Source: Acanthaster planci
Taxonomy: Eukaryota
Length of the DNA stretch: 64,000 bases
Reading direction: 5' to 3'
Assembly (NCBI RefSeq): GCF_001949145.1
Contig: NW_019091357.1
Coordinates: forward strand, 2,338,114-2,402,113
Shown: positions 1 to 12,700 of the stretch, one piece after another
Layout of the letters: each line of letters opens with the position of its first letter
Position numbering within the stretch: position 1 is the stretch's first letter
Made by a program: the position numbers and the translations under genes
Notes under the pieces: model-generated
Told to the model about the DNA's origin: nothing
The model's input: the letters and a program-made list of their open reading frames with translations, nothing else
Databases searched by the model: none

Positions 1-711
1 TCACATGCAGCCAGAGGCGATGTGTCTATACGCGGCTACTGCATTCCGAAAACGTCTACAACATCATTATTATGTACCGTGACTCCCTGGAATTTTGCCA
101 TAAAACCATGATAAACTAGTTTGTTTGAGCCTAACAGCTGTGCACCTCGGAGACGGAACGAGTTTTCAATTTCCCTCTAAACCCCGATGTTATAATTGTG
201 TAATTTGTGCATGTTGTGGTCGACGATTGCAACGGTCGTGGATTCAACAAGTCGTCTGATAATGTCAGAAGAAATTCCTGTCCATGTTCGGAGTGATCGG
301 CCCCTATGTGTTTGAACCGATTCGGTGTCAAATCACATTCTTTACTGCTGCGTAGTCCTGACTGTGTTTATTTCTCATAACTACCAGGCACCGCCATGAC
401 CGTGTTGTTTCGGGTTCTTACCAAGCGATTGATGATATGCGCATGTAAAGACAGGGATAGACCGTGAGCCGTGACGGTCGCCCGGTCGCGTTGCCGTAGG
501 CCTTCTCCGCTCGTGTTTTGTAAACCGCCGTTTAACACCCCTAGCGCAAAACCATACTCCGTGAAATACACAATCTCCCTGTGCCCTTGATTGTCCCCTG
601 CGTGCGTAATTCTGTTGGTAGCATGTGAGTGTGAATTACAACACTCAGGCAAAGTTCTAATCTATTTCTTTCTCTATTTTCCCCCCACACCCCCTCTCTG
701 CTGATCCACAG

Positions 712-1188
712 GAGCGGTCTGATCTGCTATCCAGCCACCGACCAGGCTTCAGTGCCGCCTCGGTCGGGGCCACATCGTCCTTCTCCCCGGCCACGCGTCT
801 GTCACACACGCCGACCGCCACGGACTTCCAGCCGCCCTACTTCCCGCCGCCCTACAACATTCCCCAGCCCCAGTCCCAGCTGGATTTTCACCACCCCCAC
901 GTCAATACGGACCCCTACGCCCACCTCAACCCCATCCACCCGCAGGCCCAGCACCAGTACATGCACCCCCAGCAGCGGTCGCAGCACATGCTGCGCTCGG
1001 GCCGCGACGACACGGACCACTTGAACCTGCACCACCCCGGCATGCAGCTTCCGCCCAGTCGTGACTATTCCGGGGTACGGCGGCCCGATGTCTTGGTCCA
1101 CGGCGGGCCCCACGGACTCGGCCCTGAGCAGACGGACCTCGCAATGTTGCACCATCCTAGTGGATTGCACGGAGTGGACGACACAACG
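712..1188 (+). CDS. TFAP2: Transcription factor AP-2, coding exon equivalent to vertebrate exon 2 (Pro/Gln/His-rich activation region with PY motif)
   Basis: Polypyrimidine tract plus CAG acceptor (AG 710-711) and ACG|GTAAGA donor (GT 1189-1190); 477 nt, phase 0/0. Translates ERSDLLSSHRPGFSAASVGATSSFSPATRLSHTPTATDFQPPYFPPPYNIPQPQSQLDFHHPHVNTDPYAHLNP...RDYSGVRRPDVLVHGGPHGL...GLHGVDDTT. DFQPPYFPPPY is the AP-2 family PY motif. The supplied ORF 961..1197 is the 3' part of this frame. Confidence 0.95.
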
Positions 1189-2098
1189 GTAAGATAACAA
1201 ACATCTCACATTTTCCCCCCTTTCACCTCCATGGCCATCTGTCCACATTATATCTCCAACTCCCCCAGATAACCCCTAGTCTTAAATGAGTAGCAGAGTA
1301 GAATATTTATGGAAATTTACAAGTTCTCACTCAAGACAGAAAGAGTATTGTTAATGATGCACGGAAAAATCAGTAGGCAGTTGAATTGAAGAAGTCGGAA
1401 GGGCCATGTTTTGGGATACGACAAGTAAAGAAAATTGACATTTGCTCCACTATTACTAGCAACCTTCAAATTATCCTTCAATCTGAAGGCATTTTCAGGC
1501 AAAACCATCAAGATTTTCGGGGCTTACATGGATCGAAGTATCTAATGCTAAGGTCGCCCTGGTTGTTACCTCAGGCATGCCTCAAGCAATGTTAATGCTC
1601 ATGTAACAAGCGCGCATGGAACTGACTAACGCGGGCATAATGCGAAGTCCCGGCAAAGCATTCATGTCAAAATTTGAGGTCAAGGGTTGCGATGACCCCA
1701 ATGCTTGCCCCCCCCCCCAATAATCTCAACAATTGTTCTGATGTCTGGAAAAGCAATCACTGACGTGCAACTCTTCGGCAATCGGCAACCGGCCCGTGGC
1801 AGGTATTAATGTATGGATTGCAGGCTACACCTGGCTGATTAATAATTCCCCCCACCTTTGTCTTGGCAGCGAAGGGTCAGAGTTTAAGTCGACGCTCAAA
1901 AATCTAATCCTTGGAGACCACTTATTTCAAGTCATCGCAGATAAGCAGCATGGAGGCATCGGTGTACCATTGGATTGCACTGCAAAAAAAGGGAACATGT
2001 CTATATCTCGTTCCAAACTCTGTACAGCCCTAAATTACCCCCTTTTTTGAAGACGAAAGTTTAAGTTACAGCTCTCCATAGTATTGCTCATAATACTG

Positions 2099-2113
2099 TG
2101 ACCTTTATGACCT
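2099..2113 (-). promoter_or_regulatory. Perfect nuclear-receptor DR3 motif TGACCT-TTA-TGACCT (candidate)
   Basis: Exact consensus half-sites. Motif match only. Confidence 0.3.
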
Positions 2114-2522
2114 ATATTTAAAGTTACTATTTTTGTGCCACTCACACGGCATCAGCGTGGCATTTTGCTTCCTTCACAAATTTGTGTATAGAGTGGAGCC
2201 ACCCCTTTTGTGTGTTCTTTCTCGTGTTATTGTAATTCCATGGACGTCAAACCCAGATTGGACCAAGTTGTCTTATTACCCTGCTAGATTGCCGTGCTGG
2301 ATACATGCTGCACTGCCCTGTGTCTAAGACTAGCTGGCGCAGCGGCAGTGATGCGGAATTCTGTTCTTGCACTAAATCTGAATTCACACAGAAACGCTGG
2401 CTTGACACTATCTTCCCGTCTAGTGGAGCCACGTTTGCGCGCACCGCCAATTTCCCTGTGCCGCTGTTCGTTTATGCATTATGAAGTCAAATCGGGGAAA
2501 ATGGGACAGGCCTGAAACAGTA

Positions 2523-2553
<31 letters not shown>

Positions 2554-2562
2554 CAGAAGAGA
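2523..2562. repeat. (GA)n microsatellite, interrupted
   Basis: AGAGAGAGACAGAGAGAGAGAGAGAGAGAGACAG; a second shorter GA tract lies at about 2779-2805. Confidence 0.9.
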
Positions 2563-5500
2563 GTAAAGCGGTTGTCACTTATCGCACCACTGCATTTCTT
2601 CCCCCTCGGCTTGCCGCTAACGGGTAACCCGTGGCCGCAAATCGTGTTACAAATTTCCTGCTTGAGTTCGAAGCGCTAGGGCTACAGCGCACGACCGGCC
2701 CTGTCCTTGCCCCGGCCCGGGTCGGCCTGGCACGGTGTGCGTGCGCCCTGCAAAAGCCTAAATAGGGTGCAACTTCTGCAGAGCGAGAGAGAGACAGACA
2801 GAGAGGGTTACTAGTAAGTGCGTCGCACTAACTGCGCTTTATGCCAACCGTACGTTTCCCATTGCACGGTTCATCGGTTAGCCGATCACGACACGCCGAC
2901 CGAGTCGTGATGTACACCATCGGCCATGCATACACGGGCCCGGGCTCCCTCGCGCATATCAGCATATTTGGCCAAACAAGTCCTCTCGACTGCGTCAAAC
3001 CACAACACCGGCCAACAATGCCCCTCGTATTTTAATGACAAAAAAATCTCCACAAAGTCAAGTACAAAGAAAGCCATCCTTGAATGTTTTGGTTGATCAT
3101 AGATTTATGATTACATTTAGTTCATGGTGTAGGCAGAACAATAACATCATTTTTAACCCCAGGGCTTCGTTTTATTCTTTGTCATGGATTGTATGTAATA
3201 GTGCCCAAATTTAAATCGCTACTGTCATTTAAATGACGCACACTAAGTTTGTGTGTTTTGAATTACGACCGTCAGTTTCCTAATGTGAACATCAATGGAA
3301 ATTCTTATGATTTCTTTATCCTAGACGTTTTACTAGTTTTATTTACATACAGGTGTCCAACCACAGTTCTTCGCATTTTTTTTTTTCGTCTTTGATATTT
3401 TTCCGAGTGTACGGTACTTGGTTCAGTTGAGATTGAAGATCGGGTTTTGTCGCCATTTCTCCTATAATTAAGGCGTCTGTTTGTGCTGGGTCTTTGGTAA
3501 CAAGCAGCGAAAACTTAAGGTGCCGTCAATTTGCGACAAGAAGCCCTACTTCGAAACGCGCCTACGTATTTGATGATGCGAGTCCTGGCCTGTACCTTCG
3601 ATGTGTTTCTTATCCATTATTTCACCTTGAAGGAACCCGAAATCGTATAAAAGGGAAATCAACAAAGATTAGTCAATTTTTTTTCGCTTGAAACGCCCAT
3701 GAACTAAAAAAAACCCTGCTAAGAATCAAAGATGTTGCGTGAGAGTATTAAGTAATAATGGTAAACATGGTCCTGTGTGAATAGGTGAGGGGATAAGATG
3801 TCACCAGGTTCCCTCCACTGCGTATAGTCGCCTCGCTAGATCGTGTCCGGCCCATCAACTCCAGAAGTTGTCTCCCATTTTGTGAGGTCCCGATGACCTC
3901 GTGCTGTCAATTCCACCGCTCGCCGCATTCTCAATAGCGATCTCCCAGCTCGTCACAAACGTGTTTTACAAAAGAGGGCAAAATTCTTCAGATACGCGCC
4001 GGATGACCTCAAAATAGTTCGCCAACAAAGACATCCGGGAATGAAATTTCGCCCGCTTTTGTTGGGGATTTCCTGAACTGTTTAAACTCATTTTTCAGTC
4101 TACTCAAGCAAACCCCCTTCTGTAGAACTGAGCCCAACCCACAGAACAAAACCGTTCACGGATCCACAGTGGCAATCTCTTCAGAGAGCGCGCGAGAGCC
4201 ATATTTTATCCCTGTCAGACGACCACACATCGATTGCAGAAAAAAAAATGGTTGTTGGTCCTCGGTCGCAGTAATGGCGCGAGATCTATCATCGCAGTCT
4301 TTAATCTTACCAACTTCACTCGGGGCTGCTTAGGGATCGTTCCAGTCTTGTCGTGCTACTCAAAGCATTGAGAAAAAAAATGAAGGATTGCTTCATGTGA
4401 GGATTGCAACTCGACAATGCTGGTTAGGAGGGCAGACTGACATCCGGATAAGATAATGACTCGCCTTTTTGAAGCATAATTGAAATGTCACATGCAGAAA
4501 GTTTGACTAAAATCAAGCCCTGGCAGTGATGAACTGGCTCCACTTCATCCATTCAGAAATCCTGCTAAATTTTTCCCATTTTATGACAATGCTCCCCTGA
4601 ATTTTGGGCTGATAAGTGTGTACCCGTGCTAGACCAAAGGCCTTTTGAATGAGTACAAAACTGCTCCCTGGTTGTGTGTTTCCGATGCAACCGTATAGTG
4701 GGACATCGTTGCCGTCGGACAAATCCTCTGCTGTGTTTTCCGCTTTTAGGTCGTCGCTATTTTGTCAATTTCCTGTGGTTCGTTAATCCACTGAGCGAAC
4801 TGGCGCATGGATTCAAGTGTCTAAGGTTCGACCATATTGATGCCAACGGGTGACCCCATGATATCCCCCCCCAAATTTACCATTAATGCAAAATTAAAAA
4901 AGAAAATTCCGAAGAAGAAATACAAAGACTATCGACATGACAAATTAAATTCTGATCTTGTGGCACGTTTCGATTCTGTTTTGTAAAAGTAGAAACCAAA
5001 AAAAAAAAAACCAGACAAACAATACACGCCTCAGCCTAGAATTCTTTTACAGGCACTTTCGTTTCTTCAGTCTTGGCGTTTCTGACGTCCCATACTCAGT
5101 GATTATGAATTCGAAATATGCACCGACACTCCGCGGAGTGTCAATAGCGTAATGTTTGCTACCGAATTATTTCCTTGTATCCGCCGAAGGAATGTTTCCG
5201 GAGTAATGGTGTCAAGCGGTGCCGTCTCTGTGTCGCAGTGCCTGCATCGCGGTGCAACACGGGACTGTCCGATCGCGGAGGAGGAACTGGAAAAGTCCTC
5301 CGTTCTCACAGCTACCTGTCAGGTAGTTTCAACAAGTCCTGATCCTGCGGGTCACATCTTAAATTCTTGAAATCGTCTTCCTCTGAAAATCTGTGAGGGC
5401 ATCAGGCAAACAGCACGTTTTCGTGCATTCGTCGTGACTTAAAATACTTCAAAATAATGTAAGTTGTGCGTGTATCAGAAAGGGAAAGATCTGCACGTAG

Positions 5501-8500
5501 TTTGTGAAATTAAATAATCAGATCTGATTTGATCTGACGCGGAGACCGAGATTTTGATTGAGAAAAAAAAATCCCTGGAATAGAAAGAAATGCTATGCCG
5601 TGGGCCTAAATGTGAATTACTATGTACATTTAAGGGCGGTTAATTGAGAAAGAGATCCGGGTCTTTCTGGGTTAATGCAACTACACATTAATTGCAATTG
5701 GTTTTACTGTGACGTTGCGACAGAAAGTATATCACGCAGGTCCCTGTCGTGTGCTTATAATCGAATAACAGGTGTAACGCATATCACGCAAATCGCACAG
5801 AGGCCGAGCGGCTATGTAAACAGACACAAAAAAACCACATGATCATTACCAGACAGTATCGAATAGAAATGTGTCAACAAATACACGAGAGGGATAAGTT
5901 GCAGTTAAACTTCATTTCGGACGGGGCTTCAAATTCATTACCCGCGTGTTTGCACATCATGAATTTATTTGCGGAATTAGATCGTGATAAATATAAAGGC
6001 TGTGGGGGGGGGAGACAGGTGGGAAGGGTGAATCAAGGATGCGCGTACGGCACATTGTACATTTGCGTAATGGGGACTGAACATTACAAAGCGAGATTTC
6101 CGGTGCAACCATTTCTGGGGGTCTCTCAGCCTCTCCTTGATTTTAAGATGTATCACCGGGGTGAAATCAGATCCAGGCGGGGGCTCTATCATCGGGTTCG
6201 GCTGGCGGAGGGGAAGAGGCAGAACCTAACCTCTTTCCAGAGCTCTCGCACCACCTTTTCTTTTTTTTTTTGGGGGGGGGCTGTCTCTCTTCCCTCCCTG
6301 CACTCGCCCCAAACCTCTCGTCTGGCTTCACGCCCGCTTGAGAATGACGGGAGGGATAGTTCCGGTGTGACGAACCCCGGTGCTAGTACTCGCGGCGGTG
6401 TCTGTGCGTGTGTGTCGTCTGTAGCGTCGATGAGGGAGCTGGCGCGTGATCAGCCGAGACACTGTTTTTTCGCCTTGCCGTGTGATGGCAGGACCCCACC
6501 GTGCCGTGGAAATAGCCGTGGAGTGAATCCGAGTTCATTGCAACCGAGGGGTTTAACTGGCACACCACTCACTTTGGGGGGATTGTAATGCTACGCTTAC
6601 TTAGACCCAACTTATATTAAAATGAGATGAATCATTCAATTACCGAGCAGCGTATTTTTTTGTGATTTTAGAAATGACTGTCATTCTGTGATACAAATCG
6701 CGTGTTAAATTGTCCTTAATACCTCTGACTCCTGATAATATAGGCCTGATAAAATGCGATGATTTAAATAAATGCATCTATAAACACTTCCCCGTTGACA
6801 AAGTGCTGACCTTGAATAATGTTTACTTAGGCAGTGTCCTAATGAAAGTCTATCTCTTGAGGATTTCCACTGCGTCGGACTAAGTATACACAGAAGCTGT
6901 CAACGTATCCAATTATGATAAAATGTAAGACAGGAATAGTACTGTGGTCTCAGTCGCAGTGATTTCATCTTTTGTTGGGGCTGGGGCAGCAAACGAATGC
7001 ACTGTAAGTCTTTTCCTTTTCATTACTTAGCATGTTTATTTTCACTCCTATTTTGTGGCTCGTTTCGCTCAGTCAGTGGACCTACAATTAAAAGATTTCT
7101 CTGCAGTGCCAACCACGTCACTATGTGATCTAGAATTATAGGCATTTCGTCGCGGGCACCCCCGTAAATCTACTAATCCTTCAAAATTACAAATTCGATT
7201 TCAATAGCCCACCTATCAAAATGAAATGCATAACCGAATCTCGCAATGCCTCCAAATGACATTAGGCCCGAGAGATGATAATTCGTGCCGGCTTGATTAT
7301 CGGGGCCGCGGACGGTGAAAAACACAACGTCACTTTTTATTAGTGACGCCATATGTTTTACCCGGGGAATCCTCTTTTTTTTTTCATTTAATCGCGACCT
7401 TTCACCGCGAACAGCGGTGAATAACGCGGGGGGAATCGCCGGCACGAACCAGGCGACACGACGAGGCATTCTCTACCTGAACCGGCAGACGGTGGGCGCC
7501 ATCTTTGTTGACGGTGTGAGGCCTGTATTTTTCAGCCTGGAATAACCCTGTCCAATGCTATCTGAATTGAAACGAGGAGCCTGGTTGGTCGTTAAATGGA
7601 GCATCGCGTGGAATGAAAAAATAAAAATCCTTCTATTTGTGGCAACAAAAACCAGTCAACAGAGCAGGGCTCGGTTCAGACTACGGGGTACTGTCAGGCG
7701 TAAGGTGAAAGGTCGGAGTTGGATGTCAAGACCGAGCTGTGTTGTGAAGTCTTAGGTCACATCATGAATGCATTATAGCCAGTTTTGTTTGTTTATATGA
7801 TTAGACATGGATGTCTTCAGTACCGAATGGCAGAGTAGAATCCCCTTGAGTAGACAAATATCGGTATATTGTCGGTCATGAGTTTAGGCATTCCAGACTG
7901 CACGTTTGTCGGAAAATATTTAATAAGTAAGACAACTTGTCCAGTGTGCTTAATTTCGTAGAGCATTCTGTCGATTTCATGCAAAGGCTGAACTTAACTG
8001 TTGTCGGTGTTGTTGCTGAAAGCTGCTTGACTCATTATAGTGGCTTGTTTGGAAGGTTGGGCGGGGTTGGCGAGGTGGAGATTTGTGGGCGTGCATTCTA
8101 AGAAATCAGGAACACAATTTACGAACAAATTTGTTCGCAAAAGGCGTCAGTCGTGGTCTCAACAGTCGCTGTTGTGCGGCGGAAAGTTCAATGGGCTGTT
8201 CAATCGTTGTACTGAGAAATATTGACCGAAGATCACGAAAGCTGTTCTTTCGGTAAGCCTTTCAGTCAATCAGTCAGATATATATATAGATTTTTGGGGG
8301 TGTTGCTTTAAAAGTTGAAGTGGAATTCGTGTTTTTAGTGTGATGCCGTCTGAAAAAGTTCCTAACCTACATGTATTAAAATGTCCATTTTCGAATTGAT
8401 GGAGTCTTAGGATTAAATGTTCTTAAGGCGACAAATAATGACGGTGGTCTGTGTCATTCTAAACAAACTTACCAAACCGTAATGTCATAAGTATACTTCG

Positions 8501-11500
8501 TCGTTTTCCTTTTCATTTTTTTAAAAATGTGCTTTGTAAGAGGGAGCAAGTTGGAGTGGAACGTCAGGGGAAACGACTTGTCTAAAATGGAAGTTCTTTA
8601 TTACCAACAATTCAAACACGATGCTTTAAATGAAGGAATGTCTTTTGTTAAACAGAAATATCGTCAGGAGGAGCTTAAACAACCGCGCTGAATTAGTGTC
8701 GCCTCCACTTCAGTTCAATGGAAGTTGGACCTCGTCTCTCTCTCTTTTAGTCTGGACTGACCCCCTTATCAAAATGGCGACCGGCGTGTAGAAAGCCATT
8801 TGCATTAAACAAAAAAAATCAGCGTGACCATGGTTGCATAAAGAGAATCGCACCGCATCGAATCGGCTTCATTCATCTTCCCCTGTTCCCAAGACACCCT
8901 CCTCCGTTTTTCCCCCCTGTCATGTGTCACCTGTATCATTCATGCTTGTATTTTCAATTTCCGTGCTAGCTGTGCGGAGGCAATAGGGTGGTTTTGGCCA
9001 GGATTTGGCGCTGTATTCTGATTGCAAGCCAGCCCCATCCATCTTCGTTGCGTGGCGTTGTCATTACCCATGGGTAGCTTCCTATACTCCCCCCCCCAGG
9101 AGCGCGGTCCATCTTCACCCCCAGCACCCCCCCCCCACCGCCTGCCATCATGTCTCGTTGACAACGTCAGCATCAAGCTTGTAGATCGGACCTGTCTGCC
9201 GTTTTGTCGTTTCTCCTCTAAGTAGGTTGATAGTGTTTGTTCATTTCGTTACTTTGCCTGCTCGAGCCCCGGCCGCGGCTTCAGAAACGCGGGCACTGCA
9301 CTTACGACTTTTTCGGCGGGGGCTTTTCCGGCGTAACACGGTAGCACTGTCCACACTGCATGCAGCGCGTGCACGCGCGCTGCTCGCCCCTTGTGCGCGT
9401 CTGTTTACCAGGGTAAACACGCCGCCGTTCGAAGGGCCGGTTGGAGAGCGAGATTTGCCGCGGATTTAAGACGTGTATAAATATGTGGGCTGCAGTTTAA
9501 CCTACATATCCAGGAGTGTATGTACAAGACGCTCAATTTACAAGAAGGTTTTACATGCCGTTTGCGGATGCAGCTCCAAAAATGTGCGGAAACCCGTTCG
9601 GTGTCTGTTAGTCTGCAGGGCACTTTTGTTCTCTCTGTGTGTGTATATATGTTGCGGCAATGCAGTTGTGTTTAATAGGAAAGGAACCAGACTTGTATCG
9701 ATTTCATTGTCTGTGCTGTTTTTTTTTCAGTCCCTGCGGTTTGTTTCTGTCCCTCGTTCCTTTGACTAAAGGACAATTAAAGCCCGGTCTTGTACTAAGC
9801 TGTGCTTCTGTATTAATTTGAGACCTGAAAATGCCATTGGAATATCGACCCTCATGTAACATGTCTTTGGAAATATTAAAGGAAATTAAATACATTTGTA
9901 CGGTCGTTGGGTGCATTTTTTTTTGCATAGGAGCAAACGAATAGGTACGGGTGAATTGGATGCCCTAGATCACGCTCACAATCTGTAGAAAAGTGCTTAC
10001 AGTTGATATTAGGCCAACATTGGCCCCCCAAATCTCTCTGCTCTCTTGTGAAGAGGTCCTCCGAACGTTTGGTCGAATGTTTACCTGAGTCAAGCAGCTG
10101 ATGGTTTGATTGCATGGGAAGTTAAAATCATTTCTCTCATACAGTCACAGCGTGCTGAGTTGAAATGTCAAAGAATGATCCCTTAAGATAACTTAAGATA
10201 TCACAGCGGCTGAATCGTCAAACTGTTCCTAAAATATCCACACGTTTTTGACCCTATTTCACGCATACACATACAATGACGGGTCAGATTTCCTCCAGCG
10301 TATGAAAAGTCCTGTTCTTACCTACAGGACTCCCTTCTTATTTATTGCATTCCGCGTGGACGGAGCGGAGACGCGTGTTAGTCACTGCCGCGGCAAAACG
10401 ACATTACACGGCCGGCAACCTGTGTAATGGCACGGTTCCGGACGGCTAGCCAAGTACGGCGCAGTGATCGTCAGAAATGGCCTAACTGCGCATCGAGTTT
10501 TGTCCGCCTAAGATGACGCTTGGGTTGTTTTGCAATACTCGGCCCTAAAAAACACCAGGCCCAGACGTAATTCAAGCTTAGCTCCAAGGCCATTTCTGTA
10601 ACATTACGTTTAACAAGGTGTAGTTGAATTTTAAGTATTATAATTTCTGGACTGATCATTGTTCAGACCTCGCATTTCTAATTTCTAGCTTTACATTAAG
10701 AAAAATATGCCAGTGATTCACTGATTGTAGGAGGGTCATTGGTACGACCTTGATGACTTGCGTCTCTACTGAAGGTGACACTGCACTTTGGTGTGTCAGA
10801 CATGATGAAAACCATTTTGTCTGTTTTGGAAACTGTTACGTTTACAAATAAGGCATCGGAGAATTATCGAATGAATGCCGACCTAGGAGGAAATAACATA
10901 ATTTGCCGACAATGGTTGTTGCTACGTAACCCAGCCCTAGTGTGAAATACCGGCTTGTATTTTGCTGCCGAGGTTTGGCGTGACCGGTTTTTCTTCTTGA
11001 GGTTAAGCCCGAGAATTTAGTTGGCCATGAAGTCCTAAGTGAACAGGATTGGCGGTCGGATTAGGGCCAGACCAGCAAATTCTTTGATCGCTGGAGAGGG
11101 CAATAGAAGTGGATGAACCCTCAGCTCCTTATCCGAAATTGCTTAAGCAGAGTATTGGGAAACAATGAGATAACATGGGGATCAGGCCAGCCGCTTGTAA
11201 TGGTCTTGTGTCTGGGTGAATGGGGGCGATTATGGCGTGGCCTATGCCTCCCCTTCCTCGTGCGAAAGACTTCGCTGATTAGCTAGTTAACGAAGTTGTA
11301 AAACATCATCGATGATTTCCAAAGGTCCCCCCTCTCGGAATAAAAGGGGGGTACTCAGCGGCGATTATGTCAACTTCCTCGATGTTGAAAACGACCGCTA
11401 AGAGGTCATACAGTTGTGATGCCCGTTAACCAATTCGTACCGGACTCTTTTGACCAAAACCAAAACCAAAATGGTCTTAAGTCAGAGAGGCCCCAGCTTA

Positions 11501-12660
11501 TCGGTGGGTGCGACTCGAGAATGTGCCATTCATCGGACGGTCAACTGGTTTCCTTCGCTCGGTTTTTTATCATTGCGCAGGCGCTCTTGGAGCCCGATGT
11601 TATTTTGAGAGTCGGGAGGGATAGGGGAAAGTGTACATAGCGGTAAGGGTCAGCTACACTTGCAATCGGATTTGGAGATGCTCGTCCTTATTCATGGCTC
11701 TGTTACTGTTTGCTATCGCCATGCCCAAATGACACGGACCTCCGCCAGTGCAAATACCGGTGGAGTGAGGGCCTGCACCGCTCCGATGTCGGACTTGTTT
11801 TGTTGGCTTGCCTTGTGCGCCGGTGAATTGTTATACGAGAAAAATAACCATCTGAGGTGTTTACAGTGCGATGGTGATTAGGTTCTTGAAATCCTTTTAA
11901 AAGAACTTTTCTTACCGTGTCCATCTCCCAAGTAAAAAAAAGGTCTGGACACAATCCGGGGTGTTTCCAGTCAAACCGACCACGGAGACCGCCTTTTGTG
12001 TCGCCGTGATCCGTTCCATTAACGGGGGGAAGGCCGCGGCCTTCTGGAGACCCCCCCCAAAAAAAAGATTTCAGGGGCGTTGGGCCGAATCTTTTTACTC
12101 CCAGAACCCCCTTTAGACGCTAGCACCAACAAAGAACGCGGGTGAAAAGAATGCGAATCAAGTAGGCTTGAGTGGTAAGGGGCAATGGAGGCGAATTATA
12201 TTGGAAAGTGGTGTGTCCGGGAGCTCTTACACAGTGCTCAGTAACAAGCCAAGGACTAGCAACTCAACTTACTTCTCTTCCCGAAAAATAAACCGTCCCT
12301 CCGTTTTTTCTTGTGGAGGCAATTACTTGCTGTCAAGGGGGGAAGTCAGAATTATTCACTTGAGGTTTTTGAATGCATTCGTAATAGTGACCGCGCCGTG
12401 CGCGGCGGCAATGAATAGCGATTCCATTTTCTCTTACTGGTATTCGTTTTGTTTGGCAATTTTTGTTTTCAAAAGGGCAATCGAATCGTGATAACGGCCG
12501 TGTTCTGTGCGGTCCCAAAGTGGTTGTTTGTCTTGGTAAACACCACCTCCCATTCGCTACATTTCGATACTCCGGTAAAGCCCAAAGAGCTGTGACCGGA
12601 CAAAACCCGCGGCTCAAGTCCCCCCAGGTTTTATCCAAGCCCCCTCTTGGTAAATTCAAT

Positions 12661-12700
12661 CATTGTTCAAGGTCTGGCCCGAGGGCCCTCCGCCTGGGGC
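12661..12700. promoter_or_regulatory. Candidate Sox plus tandem AP-2 site module
   Basis: CATTGTT (12661-12667), GCCCGAGGGC (12677-12686) and GCCTGGGGC (12692-12700) within 40 bp. Confidence 0.3.

Noticed and set aside
752..1248. Alternative-frame and antisense ORFs over the first exon
   Set aside because: Shadows of the GC-rich TFAP2 coding exon.
5839..6588. Longest supplied ORF (249 aa)
   Set aside because: No recognisable domain; it runs through poly-T/poly-G tracts and low-complexity intronic sequence. One ORF of this length is plausible by chance.
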